NCBI GenBank assembly: GCA_018304465.1
Contig: JAGVWC010000011.1
Location: 1 to 64,000, forward strand
Direction of reading: 5' to 3'
From: Candidatus Iainarchaeum sp.
GTDB taxonomy: Archaea; Iainarchaeota; Iainarchaeia; Iainarchaeales; JAGVWC01
DNA length: 64,000 nt
The notes under the pieces were generated by a model that searched no databases, was not told the DNA's origin, and saw nothing but the letters and a program-made list of their open reading frames with translations. This document shows, one piece after another, positions 1-8,694 of the stretch (position 1 is its first letter; every line of letters starts with the position of its first letter). Position numbers and translations under genes: made by a program.

Positions 1-43
1 AACCCCTCGCGTGCGACAAGGCCGCGGAGATATTCGGCCGGAT

Positions 44-151
44 TCATGGGACCACCATGACCGATCCACACAGTCTGCAATACGGTCGCGCGGCGCACTC
101 TGAATAGGCACAAATCCGACATGGGCATCCGCGCTCGTGGTCATTGGTCAT
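44..151 (-). CDS. Small Cys-rich (zinc-finger-like) protein, 35 aa
   Basis: MTNDHERGCPCRICAYSECAARPYCRLCGSV has CxC/CxxC pairs and is preceded by GGAGG. Its stop overlaps the ATG (45-47) of another ORF that runs off the window. Confidence 0.45.
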   Translation of the reverse strand: MTNDHERGCPCRICAYSECAARPYCRLCGSVMVVP

Positions 152-407
152 GATCAACCCTCCGAATATACTCATCGATGCGGTCTGCCATTCGTAGTAA
201 AGCCAATCGCATGTCTTCGAGGTCGCTTTCAAGAGCCGTGACGTGGGACAGCTTAACATTGTCGAGTCGTTGAAGTTTTTTTTCGATTTTTTGGGTCCGG
301 CGCTCGAATTGTAGCAATCGAGATTCTGTAGTGTTAAGAGAAATTGCTTTAAGGTCACACGTGACATTATCGGTGTGCACGGTGGGGCCCTTCGGGGTTC
401 CTTCCAT
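141..407 (-). CDS. Hypothetical coiled-coil protein of the integrated element
   Basis: ORF track gives 141..473; the ATG at 407 (MEGTPKG) is more plausible. Heptad-like RLLQFERRTQKIEKKLQRLD. Confidence 0.5.
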   Translation of the reverse strand: MEGTPKGPTVHTDNVTCDLKAISLNTTESRLLQFERRTQKIEKKLQRLDNVKLSHVTALESDLEDMRLALLRMADRIDEYIRRVDHDQ

Positions 408-430
408 TTTAAACACCCTCAGCCCGAAGG

Positions 431-584
431 CGATCCCAAAAAACAGTGGGGTTGTCGCCTTTTTCTTCGGCAATTTTTTTTAAAAAATCTGTACACGACA
501 TAGACGTCGATCCCAAAAAACAGTGGGGTTGTCGCCTTTTTCTTCGGCAATTTTTTTTAAAAAATCTGTACACGACATAGACGT
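431..584. repeat. Perfect tandem duplication, 2 x 77 bp
   Basis: CGATCCCAAAAAACAGTGGGG...GTACACGACATAGACGT at 431-507 is repeated identically at 508-584. Confidence 0.95.
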
Positions 585-679
585 TCCTCCTTTCTTCGAG
601 GCGCGTCGGTGTCGTATCTTCTCAGTCGTCCATATCAGTTGTAGTCAGTCAGGTCTCAGCAAATCAGGACGACGCGCGT

Positions 680-2038
680 TCATTGGTTTTTTTTGTTGTT
701 TTCGATAATCCTCCATAAACACTGATCAATTGTTTCTCGAGGGTGGATTTTTGATTCCTCGATTTTCTGTTTTGTTTTGTACGAGATCCGTACAACGGTG
801 TCTTGTCTTCCTTTTTTCTGGGGGGTAGGCATGGGTATATTACAGCCTACCTCATATTTAAGCTTTGTTGTTTCGCCGATGGCTTTATGATCTTGCCCTG
901 TTGGTGCTTCGTAGATTTTGGATAGTTCCACAAAAACGGGCTTCATTTCATCATCCCCGCGTACAGTTCGGTGTTCTTTTTCGCCATCCGACCAAAACGG
1001 TTCGTCTTCGCGGAGCATTGGATTGTTTTCGCGTTTCAACGTGTCGAAATATTGTTCGGCGAATTCTGAAACGGGTATGTTGGAATAGGCCCCTTCTTCG
1101 TTCTTGAATGTCCATCCGAACCAAGTGTTTTTCAGTCCGTATGGCCAGCGAAAAAACCGCGATGCGCAAAGAGAACGGAAATAATGAACGCCTTTGTGTG
1201 GTTTCCATGGAATACCTGATTTTTTGATGGCTTGTTTGAATGTTTTGTTTACTGCCGCGTAGGTTGTCGCGTTCCCGTTTTTGTCACAAAAGAAATAAGC
1301 CTCCGGCCCCTTGTCGTTGTTGGGTGAAACCTTGGCCCATGCTTCCAAGTGTGGTTTGGCCAAAAAACTTATTACGGTTCTGGGTTTTGTTTTGGAAATG
1401 GGTAGCCGGACAACCAAATGGTTTTTTTCCTGTCGCACGTGTTTGTTTTGGATGCTTAAAGCCTCGGATATTCTCGCGCCTGTATCGTTTAACAGTGCAA
1501 GAATGGCGCGGTCTCGAATGGTGTAGCGTTTGCCTTCAACGTAAACCGTTTCCAACAGCTTTTTGATGTGTTGTTGTGTGGTTTGGTTGTCTTCGGGTTC
1601 TTTGTCCGGTTCTTTCGGAACTTCGATGGTTTTTAGCCGTTCGGGGGTTTCTTTTTCCTTCAAACCTTCAACCGATTGAAGTAAACAACGGGCCGCAAAC
1701 ACGTATTTTTCAAGACTGGCGAACTTGATTTCTTTTTTATTGTAGCGTTTTTCGTGAAAAGTAAACCAAGCCAAAAACTCTTGGTCCGTGGCTTTTGCCA
1801 AATCTGTTTTGATAAACAAAGTGATGTTTCGGGCTTCGGAAAGGTTTTTTTCCAAGCTACCGATTCGATACCGGCCTTTTTTCACTTTTTCAATCATGCG
1901 ATTGGCAAAGGCCAATAGGTGTTTTTTGTTTTCAGGACCTATTATTGGGTTTGTTTGAATGTCCTTGATGACGTTTAACACGCGGCGGTTTCGGTGGTGC
2001 GGATCAAAGCCGCTTTTGAATATATCCAGGTCTAGCAT
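680..2038 (-). CDS. Tyrosine recombinase/integrase with a C-terminal extension
   Basis: RDRAILALLNDTGARISEAL (catalytic R), SKTK (K), HYFR (HxxR), FGW and GAY motifs; adjacent to a tRNA. Confidence 0.9.
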   Translation of the reverse strand: MLDLDIFKSGFDPHHRNRRVLNVIKDIQTNPIIGPENKKHLLAFANRMIEKVKKGRYRIGSLEKNLSEARNITLFIKTDLAKATDQEFLAWFTFHEKRYNKKEIKFASLEKYVFAARCLLQSVEGLKEKETPERLKTIEVPKEPDKEPEDNQTTQQHIKKLLETVYVEGKRYTIRDRAILALLNDTGARISEALSIQNKHVRQEKNHLVVRLPISKTKPRTVISFLAKPHLEAWAKVSPNNDKGPEAYFFCDKNGNATTYAAVNKTFKQAIKKSGIPWKPHKGVHYFRSLCASRFFRWPYGLKNTWFGWTFKNEEGAYSNIPVSEFAEQYFDTLKRENNPMLREDEPFWSDGEKEHRTVRGDDEMKPVFVELSKIYEAPTGQDHKAIGETTKLKYEVGCNIPMPTPQKKGRQDTVVRISYKTKQKIEESKIHPRETIDQCLWRIIENNKKNQ

Positions 2039-2110
2039 GGTTTTCCTCCCTATTTACACACGCAGACGTGGGGAAATATTAACTTTACGGATTTGGATTG
2101 GTTGTAGTTG

Positions 2111-2239
2111 CGGACCTAGGCGGATTTGAACCGCCGACCTACTGCTCGCATCAACACGCTGAGTTTCCCCAGGCTTTTTTCAGCAGAAAAAAGGCTGCTG
2201 TAGAAGGCAGTTGCCCTATCCAGACTAGGCTATAGGTCC
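2111..2239 (-). tRNA. tRNA-Arg(TCT) with a 54-nt intron at position 37/38 (intron 2147-2200)
   Basis: Acceptor GGACCTA/TAGGTCC, D arm GCCTAGTCTGGATAGGGC, anticodon stem ACTGC/GCAGT with loop CT-TCT-A|intron|A, T arm GGCGG-TTCAAAT-CCGCC. Relaxed bulge-helix-bulge motif; CCA not encoded. Confidence 0.93.
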
Positions 2240-2297
2240 ATGCTACATTATCCTAGCAAGTACTTTTTTAAATGGTTAATTGTTTCATCCTAGTGTC

Positions 2298-2555
2298 ATG
2301 GCTGAGATCAAGAAAGGACTATACAAGCATTACAAAGGAAAACTATACGAAGTGTTGGGGGAGGCGCGTCACTCCGAGACCCTTGAAAAAATGGTGGTAT
2401 ACAAAGGGTTGTACGATCACCCCGAATACGGAAAAGACACCATGTGGGTTCGGCCCAAGTACGAATTCTTGGAAAAAATCCAGATCGGCGATCGCGTGTA
2501 TCCGAAATACGAGTATCTAAAAAAAAATCCGCGTGAAGACGAGCGATCAAAATGA
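2298..2555 (+). CDS. DUF1653 family protein
   Basis: GLYKHYKGKLYEV...ARHSETLEKMVVYKGLY...WVRP is the family signature. Confidence 0.85.
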   Translation: MAEIKKGLYKHYKGKLYEVLGEARHSETLEKMVVYKGLYDHPEYGKDTMWVRPKYEFLEKIQIGDRVYPKYEYLKKNPREDERSK

Positions 2556-2752
2556 AATGCGTGATTTGCGGATCGTTTGCCACCAATTACAACGAGGCGG
2601 AACAACCCACTTGCAGCCGTCACACCAAGGAAAAAGCCAAAGCCCCCAAATGCCCCGTCTGCAAACACGAAACCGTGCTTCGAACCGGAAAATGGGGTTC
2701 GTTTTGGGGTTGTCGCATGTACCCCAATTGCGTGGGCACCATTAAGATCTAA
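2552..2752 (+). CDS. Small zinc-ribbon protein (topoisomerase C4 zinc-finger-like)
   Basis: CPVC...LRTGKWGSFWGCRMYPNC, plus an N-terminal CxxC...CxxH. Confidence 0.8.
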   Translation: MKCVICGSFATNYNEAEQPTCSRHTKEKAKAPKCPVCKHETVLRTGKWGSFWGCRMYPNCVGTIKI

Positions 2753-3333
2753 TTTGTTGGGTCTTCCAGGGCTTTTTTTATTTTTTGTCGCAGACGCAGT
2801 AAACGAACGCGAATGGTTCCACTTCGCTGACCGGTTTTTTCCGCAAGAAACGTGTTCGGCTGCTCCGGTTCCACTTCGAGTGCCTCAAGATACAACTCGG
2901 CCAATTCCCGATCCGACGGTCGGAGTTTCGCCAATGCCGATCGAATCCGGTTAAAAGCAATGTTATTATCCGGACCGTTCTCCGGTCTTTTCGGAGCTTC
3001 CACGTTTTTCCAGGTATTTTTACCGTCATCGGTCAAATTTTTTTGTCGTCTACGATGGAACGATCGAATCTTATCCTTGCAAATATTTTCAGCCATGCGA
3101 CTCACAAGCCCGGCTACGTTTTTTGAAAAATCAATTCGGTCCATATTTTCCCATAATCGCGACGCGACCTCTTGCGAAATCTCGTCCCATTCCTCCGGGT
3201 TTTGGCGAAAATAGTGCGCTGCGATGCCGCGAACCTGAAATCGGGTTTTTTCCAACGTGGTTAAAAAAGCGGCTTTTGGCGTAGGGTAAACTGGGACGCG
3301 TTTTCTAGAACCCTTTGGCGGTTTACTCGGCAC
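2749..3333 (-). CDS. ECF sigma-70-like protein (regions 2 and 4)
   Basis: Region 2-like WDEISQEVASRLW...LVSRMAENICKDKIR. Region 4-like IRSALAKLRPSDREL...LAEKTGQRSGTIRVRLLRLRQKIK. Confidence 0.75.
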   Translation of the reverse strand: MPSKPPKGSRKRVPVYPTPKAAFLTTLEKTRFQVRGIAAHYFRQNPEEWDEISQEVASRLWENMDRIDFSKNVAGLVSRMAENICKDKIRSFHRRRQKNLTDDGKNTWKNVEAPKRPENGPDNNIAFNRIRSALAKLRPSDRELAELYLEALEVEPEQPNTFLAEKTGQRSGTIRVRLLRLRQKIKKALEDPTN

Positions 3334-3424
3334 GCATTAGTTTTCTTCCGTTTACTTTAAATTTTTGACGGGGACTCTAAAGATATCAACGAAAAACTTG
3401 TATTCAATAATTGCAGGCAATTCC

Positions 3425-3991
3425 ATGGAACTCGAATCCCTTTTTTCGCGCCGTCGAACCATTCGAAAATTCAAACAAAAACAGATTCCCAAAAAAATCC
3501 TTTTTTCGTGCATCGACGCCGGTCGACTCGCTCCTTCCGCGCGTAACCAGCAATCCCTTGAATACGTTCTGGTCACCCGAAACGTGATGAAAGTTTTTTC
3601 TTGCACTAGCTGGGCGACCTATGCTCCGGCCGCGGGCCCCAAACAAGGCGAAGAACCCGCCGCGTTCATCGTCGTTGTTTCAAAACGCAGCGAACAAAAC
3701 GAATATTCGTTGATCGACTGCGGCATTGCCGCGGGACACATTGTCTTGGCCGCGTATTCGCACGGAATCGCAAGCTGTATTCTCGGGTCGATCGATCGGG
3801 ATCAATTATCCGCCGAACTGAATCTGCCCACTGATTACGTTATTCATGTCGTGATCTGTCTTGGATTCGCCGCTCAAAAATCCGTTGTAGACGATTGGAA
3901 ACCCGGAGCGCGGTACTGGGTGGACGAAAAAAACACCGTCCATGTCCCCAAACGAAAATTATCCGAGATTTTGCACGAAGAAAAATTCTGA
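3425..3991 (+). CDS. Nitroreductase family protein
   Basis: RRTIRKF, APSARNQQ, DCGIAAGHIVLAAYSHGIASC. Confidence 0.9.
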   Translation: MELESLFSRRRTIRKFKQKQIPKKILFSCIDAGRLAPSARNQQSLEYVLVTRNVMKVFSCTSWATYAPAAGPKQGEEPAAFIVVVSKRSEQNEYSLIDCGIAAGHIVLAAYSHGIASCILGSIDRDQLSAELNLPTDYVIHVVICLGFAAQKSVVDDWKPGARYWVDEKNTVHVPKRKLSEILHEEKF

Positions 3992-4570
3992 TTACGCCAC
4001 AAAGCTTTTTTTCCGTTCTTTTTCCAATTCCGCCAAAAACAACTGTCGAACCCGGCGCATGCGGGTTTTTGCGGTATTGACGGGCACACTCATGGCGTCC
4101 GCCAGTTCTTTTACCGACGGCAGTTCCGAACCAATCGATCCCAGATACATGCGACCCAAGAATTGTAACCGCGGATCCCACTTTTCAATCGCGTGTTCCA
4201 TCCGGTTAAAAAAATCCCGCTCGAGCAACATGTGCACGGGCGATCGGAACGAAGGCTCCGTAACCGATTCGTTGGGCAATCCCGTGACCGGCCAACGATT
4301 ACGTTTTAACATCATGTTCAATGAAACCCGACGCGCCATCGCGCTCAGGTACTTTTCTTCGTTTTCGATTCCTTTGGACAAATGCGGCCGGCGGGCAAGC
4401 TGGAGAAAAACTTCTTGCACGGCGTCGCGCGCCCATTCGCGGTCATTCAACCGATTCAAGGCGATTTGAAAAATGCGCGGGCCGTATTCCCGATGAATCC
4501 GAAAAAGCCATTCCCCCTGCCGTTTTGCCGCTTTGGGCGGGGTTTTTTTTGAACGAATCGCTTTTGCCAT
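3992..4570 (-). CDS. ECF sigma-70-like protein (regions 2 and 4)
   Basis: YGPRIFQIALNRLNDREWARDAVQEVFLQL...YLSAMARR (region 2) and SVKELADAMSVPVNTAKTRMRRVR (region 4 HTH). Confidence 0.8.
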   Translation of the reverse strand: MAKAIRSKKTPPKAAKRQGEWLFRIHREYGPRIFQIALNRLNDREWARDAVQEVFLQLARRPHLSKGIENEEKYLSAMARRVSLNMMLKRNRWPVTGLPNESVTEPSFRSPVHMLLERDFFNRMEHAIEKWDPRLQFLGRMYLGSIGSELPSVKELADAMSVPVNTAKTRMRRVRQLFLAELEKERKKSFVA

Positions 4571-4636
4571 GGTATCTCCGTTTTGGAAAAAAAGGGCCTT
4601 TTAGTTTAAATATTCATTGATGCTTGGATAAAAATA

Positions 4637-5050
4637 ATGCTTCCACGCATGTTTGTCGCCATGAAGGCGTTTGTCGAATACAACGGAAAAATCCTGCTGT
4701 TACGGGAAGGGGCAAAAAGCCCAAGCGCCGGAAAATTCGGAGTTCCCGGCGGTCGCGTGGAACCCGGAGAACACTTTTTGGACTGCTTACACCGCGAACT
4801 AATCGAAGAAACCGGACTCAACATCGAAATCGAAAAACCGTTTTTTGTCGGAGAATGGCGGCCCGTGGTGCGCGGCGAACAATGGCATATCGTCGGAACT
4901 TTTTTTTCCTGCAAAGCGTCTTCGATGAACGTGACGCTTGATTCCGAACACGACCGGTTCGTCTGGATCAATCCGCTGGAATACAAAAAATTCGCGATCA
5001 TGCCGCCCGAAGACGAGGCATTCAAGGCCTACATCGCTCAAAAACGCTGA
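4637..5050 (+). CDS. NUDIX hydrolase
   Basis: Nudix box GGRVEPGEHFLDCLHRELIEETGL. Confidence 0.92.
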   Translation: MLPRMFVAMKAFVEYNGKILLLREGAKSPSAGKFGVPGGRVEPGEHFLDCLHRELIEETGLNIEIEKPFFVGEWRPVVRGEQWHIVGTFFSCKASSMNVTLDSEHDRFVWINPLEYKKFAIMPPEDEAFKAYIAQKR

Positions 5051-5109
5051 CCGATCCAATTCTTAGGCTTTTTAAACCTTTTTTGGTTTTATTCGTTGGT
5101 CGTTTAACC

Positions 5110-6828
5110 ATGGATTACAAAAAAAATATTGCATTGGCCTTGTCTAAACAATTATTGCCGCTTGGACTGACCCCGGACAAAATCACGGCTTTGCTTGAAA
5201 CTCCGCCCAAACCCGACATGGGCAACGTGTCTTTTCCGTGTTTTGTCATCGCGCGTGAACTCAAGCGCAGCCCGATGGAAATCGCCAAAGATCTTGAAGG
5301 AAAAATGGGGCCGATTAACGGGGTCCAAAAAGTAGCGGCCATCGGGGGTTACGTGAATTTTTTCGTTGACACCCAAAAACAAAGCACCGCGGTGTTATCC
5401 GCGATCCTAAAGGAAAAAAAATTCTTCGGACGCCAAAAACAACCCAAAAAAATCCGCGTCATGATCGAATATTCGGGTCCGAACACCAACAAACCCCTGC
5501 ACATCGGCCACTTGCGAAACAACACCCTCGGAATGGCGTTATCCAACCTGCATGAAAACCTCGGGTTTGACGTTATCAAAGCCAACATCGTCAATGACCG
5601 CGGCGTCCACATCTGCAAAAGCATGCTCGCATACCAGTTGTTTGGAACCGGAGTCACTCCGAAATCCGAAATGAAAAAATCCGATCACCTGGTCGGGGAT
5701 TTTTACGTGAAATTCGCCCAAGAATCCGAACAAAACCCCGCGCTCGCCCTGCAGGTGCAAACCATGCTGCAACAATGGGAAAACAACGATCCGAAAGTGC
5801 GAGCGCTTTGGAAAAAAATGAGCAAATGGGCCTTGGACGGATTCAAGGAAACCTACAAGCGATACGGAACCGAATTTGACGTGTGGTTTTTCGAATCCGA
5901 ATTCTACAACAAAGCGAAACCCATTCTTGACGCGGGTTTGAAAAAAGGCGTTTTTGAAAAACGCGAAGACGGCGCAATCGTTGCCAAACTGAATCAATTC
6001 GGTTTGCCCGAAAAAGTCGTGCTTCGAAGCGACGGCACTTCGATTTACATCACCCAGGATCTCGCCTTGACCGTGCACAAATTCGAGGAATACAAATTAA
6101 ACGAAGCGATCTGGGTTGTCGCCACCGAACAAAACCTTTACTTTGAACAATTATTCAAAATATTCGAACTGCTGGAATATCCCTGGGTTAAAAACTGTCA
6201 TCACGTCAGCTACGGGCTCGTGCATTTGCCCGAAGGCCGGATGAAAAGCCGCGAAGGAAAAGTCGTGGACGCCGACGATCTCTTAAACGATCTGGAAAAA
6301 CTATCCGAAGAAGAAATCCAAAAACGGTATCCCGACATTGCTTCGGTGGACAAGAAAAAACGCGCAAAAGCGATCGCGCTTGCGGCCATCAAATTTTTCA
6401 TGCTCAAGTTCGACGCCAAAAAAGATTTCGTTTTCAATCCCAAGGAAAGCCTTTCGTTTGAAGGCGAAACCGGTCCCTATCTGTTGTACTCGTACGCGCG
6501 CGCCAAAAGCATTCTTCGAAAAGCGCGGCCCAAGGAACAAGTGTATCAATTCGGACTGCTATTGCATCCCCTGGAACACGCCTTGATCCGCTTGCTGGAA
6601 GCCTATCCGAAAAAGCTGTCCGAAACCCACCGCCAATTGTCTTTGCACGTTTTGTGTCATTATCTGATCGGTCTTGCCGCGGCATTCAATTCGTTTTATC
6701 ACGAAGTCCCCGTGCTATCCGCCGATGAAGAAACCAAAAACGCGCGATTGGGACTTGTTTTGGCGACCGCAACGGTTTTATCCAACGGACTGGAATTGTT
6801 AGGCATCCACCCGCTTGAAAAAATGTAG
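5110..6828 (+). CDS. argS: Arginine--tRNA ligase
   Basis: EYSGPNTNKPLHIGHLRN (HIGH), GRMKSREG, and the DALR anticodon domain GETGPYLLYSYAR. Confidence 0.97.
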   Translation: MDYKKNIALALSKQLLPLGLTPDKITALLETPPKPDMGNVSFPCFVIARELKRSPMEIAKDLEGKMGPINGVQKVAAIGGYVNFFVDTQKQSTAVLSAILKEKKFFGRQKQPKKIRVMIEYSGPNTNKPLHIGHLRNNTLGMALSNLHENLGFDVIKANIVNDRGVHICKSMLAYQLFGTGVTPKSEMKKSDHLVGDFYVKFAQESEQNPALALQVQTMLQQWENNDPKVRALWKKMSKWALDGFKETYKRYGTEFDVWFFESEFYNKAKPILDAGLKKGVFEKREDGAIVAKLNQFGLPEKVVLRSDGTSIYITQDLALTVHKFEEYKLNEAIWVVATEQNLYFEQLFKIFELLEYPWVKNCHHVSYGLVHLPEGRMKSREGKVVDADDLLNDLEKLSEEEIQKRYPDIASVDKKKRAKAIALAAIKFFMLKFDAKKDFVFNPKESLSFEGETGPYLLYSYARAKSILRKARPKEQVYQFGLLLHPLEHALIRLLEAYPKKLSETHRQLSLHVLCHYLIGLAAAFNSFYHEVPVLSADEETKNARLGLVLATATVLSNGLELLGIHPLEKM

Positions 6829-6906
6829 AAACCAAAGCCAAACCCCCTTTTGGGTTCTTTTTCTATATAATATAACTATAAAAATGTAATAAAGTACAAT
6901 ATTCAA

Positions 6907-8598
6907 ATGGTCACTGGTCTTTCCAGTAACGCGATGATTCAATCGGTCTATTTGGCGATGGAAGCCGCCGGCACCAAATCCAACAAACCGCTTCTCAAAA
7001 AAGCCTTTGATTTCTCCATGTTTGCCCACGCCGGACAAAAACGTCTTTCCGGAGAACCCTACTGGATTCATCCCGCCAATGTAGCGTTGATTCTGGCCAA
7101 AATCGGAGCGGATTCCGACACCGTCGCGGCGTCGCTTTTGCACGATACGCTCGAAGACACCCGGGTCACCAAAAAACAAATCCGAAAAGAATTCGGAAAA
7201 ACCGTTCTACGCCTTGTCGACGGCGTCACCAAACTCGATCGCGTGGCCGAACTCGGAAAAAAACACAACACGGCCCTGAATGTACAGCGCGTCATGCTTG
7301 CGGGTTCCAAAGATTGGCGCGTGCTCATCATCAAACTCGCGGATCGATTGCATAACCTGGACACGCTGCAGTACCTGCCGGTTTCGGACCAGCGCAGAAT
7401 CGCGACCGAATCGCTTGCCGTGCACGCTCCGATCGCTCACAAACTCGGTTTGCAGGAACTGATGGACGAAATCGAAGAAAGCGCGTTCAAACGACTTCAA
7501 CCCGACGTGTACGAATCCACCCAAAAAAAAATCCTGCGCGAAGCAAAAACCCGCGAAAAAACGCTCCAAAAAATGACATCGGCCCTCAAAAAAACGCTTC
7601 CGAAAAAAACGCGTTTTTCCTTGTTTTCCAAAAGCACGTACAAAATGTACGTCAAACACGTGACCACGCGAAAAGATATCGGGTCTTTTTCGGATGTCGT
7701 GGTCTTATGCATCCAGCCGAATTCGATTGGAGAATGCTATGAAGTCCTCGGAAAAATCCATCAATTGTATCCGCCCGTGCCGAAAAAAATCAAGGATTTC
7801 ATCGCGATTCCGCAACCCAATCTGTATTCTGGAATTCACACGACCGTTATCGGCCCCGACGGCCGGCCCGTCAAGATTTACATCGGAACCCAAAAAATAT
7901 TCGACTTAAACAACCGCGGCGTGCTCGCATTGGACGACGAAGCCTACAAACTATTCCCACTGATCCGAAACCGCGTGGAACACCTGAACAAATTGTTCAC
8001 GTTGCCCAAGCATTTCTCCGAAGCCACGGAATTCATGAATGCCATGAGCCGTGATTTCGCGCCGAAAACCATTATCGTGTTCACGACCAAAGGCGAAACC
8101 GTGGAACTACCGCTCGGTTCGACTCCAATCGATTTCATTTTTTACCTGCGACCCGAAGACGGCCGCCGGTTATGGAAAGCCAAAGTCAACGGAAGCTTTG
8201 TTCCCCTCGATTATCCCCTCGAAGCCGGTGACATCATCGAAATATTGCTCTCCAAACACAAGCAATTCAGCAAAAAATGGCTTTCGATGGCCAACACTCA
8301 AATGGCCAAAACTCGGATCAATTCCATTTCCAAAAAACCCGGTGCGGACCGAAACATCGACATCACGGTGTGGGCCGACGACATGATCGGATTGCTATCG
8401 CTTTTAACCAACGCGTTTTCCAAAGCCGGAATCAACGTGCTTGCGACGACTTCGCTTACTACCAACAAAAAAAACGTCACGCATTTCAATTTGGGTGATG
8501 TTCCGGACAAAAAATTGTCCATTGCGCTTCAAGAACTCCAAAAAATCCCTTCCGTCAAAAAAATAAAAATAATAAACTTAAACGAGGTAACGGGTTAA
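6907..8598 (+). CDS. Long RelA/SpoT homologue (HD hydrolase, degenerate synthetase, TGS, ACT)
   Basis: HAGQKRLSGEPYWIHP, LLHDTLEDT, IKLADRLHN; TGS domain VFTTKGETVELPLGSTPIDF; C-terminal ACT domain DDMIGLLSLLTNAFS. Confidence 0.9.
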   Translation: MVTGLSSNAMIQSVYLAMEAAGTKSNKPLLKKAFDFSMFAHAGQKRLSGEPYWIHPANVALILAKIGADSDTVAASLLHDTLEDTRVTKKQIRKEFGKTVLRLVDGVTKLDRVAELGKKHNTALNVQRVMLAGSKDWRVLIIKLADRLHNLDTLQYLPVSDQRRIATESLAVHAPIAHKLGLQELMDEIEESAFKRLQPDVYESTQKKILREAKTREKTLQKMTSALKKTLPKKTRFSLFSKSTYKMYVKHVTTRKDIGSFSDVVVLCIQPNSIGECYEVLGKIHQLYPPVPKKIKDFIAIPQPNLYSGIHTTVIGPDGRPVKIYIGTQKIFDLNNRGVLALDDEAYKLFPLIRNRVEHLNKLFTLPKHFSEATEFMNAMSRDFAPKTIIVFTTKGETVELPLGSTPIDFIFYLRPEDGRRLWKAKVNGSFVPLDYPLEAGDIIEILLSKHKQFSKKWLSMANTQMAKTRINSISKKPGADRNIDITVWADDMIGLLSLLTNAFSKAGINVLATTSLTTNKKNVTHFNLGDVPDKKLSIALQELQKIPSVKKIKIINLNEVTG

Positions 8599-8694
8599 TG
8601 GAAAAACCCTTTTTCGACACGTTTAAGAAACTTTTCCCGCGCTTTATGTACACTTCGCATAATGCTCGATTTATCAAATACTCAGGGTTTACTC

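Larger units (their letters stand above)
1..2110 (-). mobile_element. Right end of an integrated element (provirus/plasmid-like) at the 3' end of tRNA-Arg; continues beyond the left window edge
   Basis: Tyrosine integrase starts ~70 bp downstream of the tRNA 3' end. It is followed by small, tightly packed, co-oriented orphan ORFs with overlapping stop/start codons. The second att site is not in the window. Confidence 0.7.

Noticed and set aside
431-584. Possible CRISPR array
   Set aside because: Only two directly adjacent 77-bp copies, with no spacers and no cas genes in the window.
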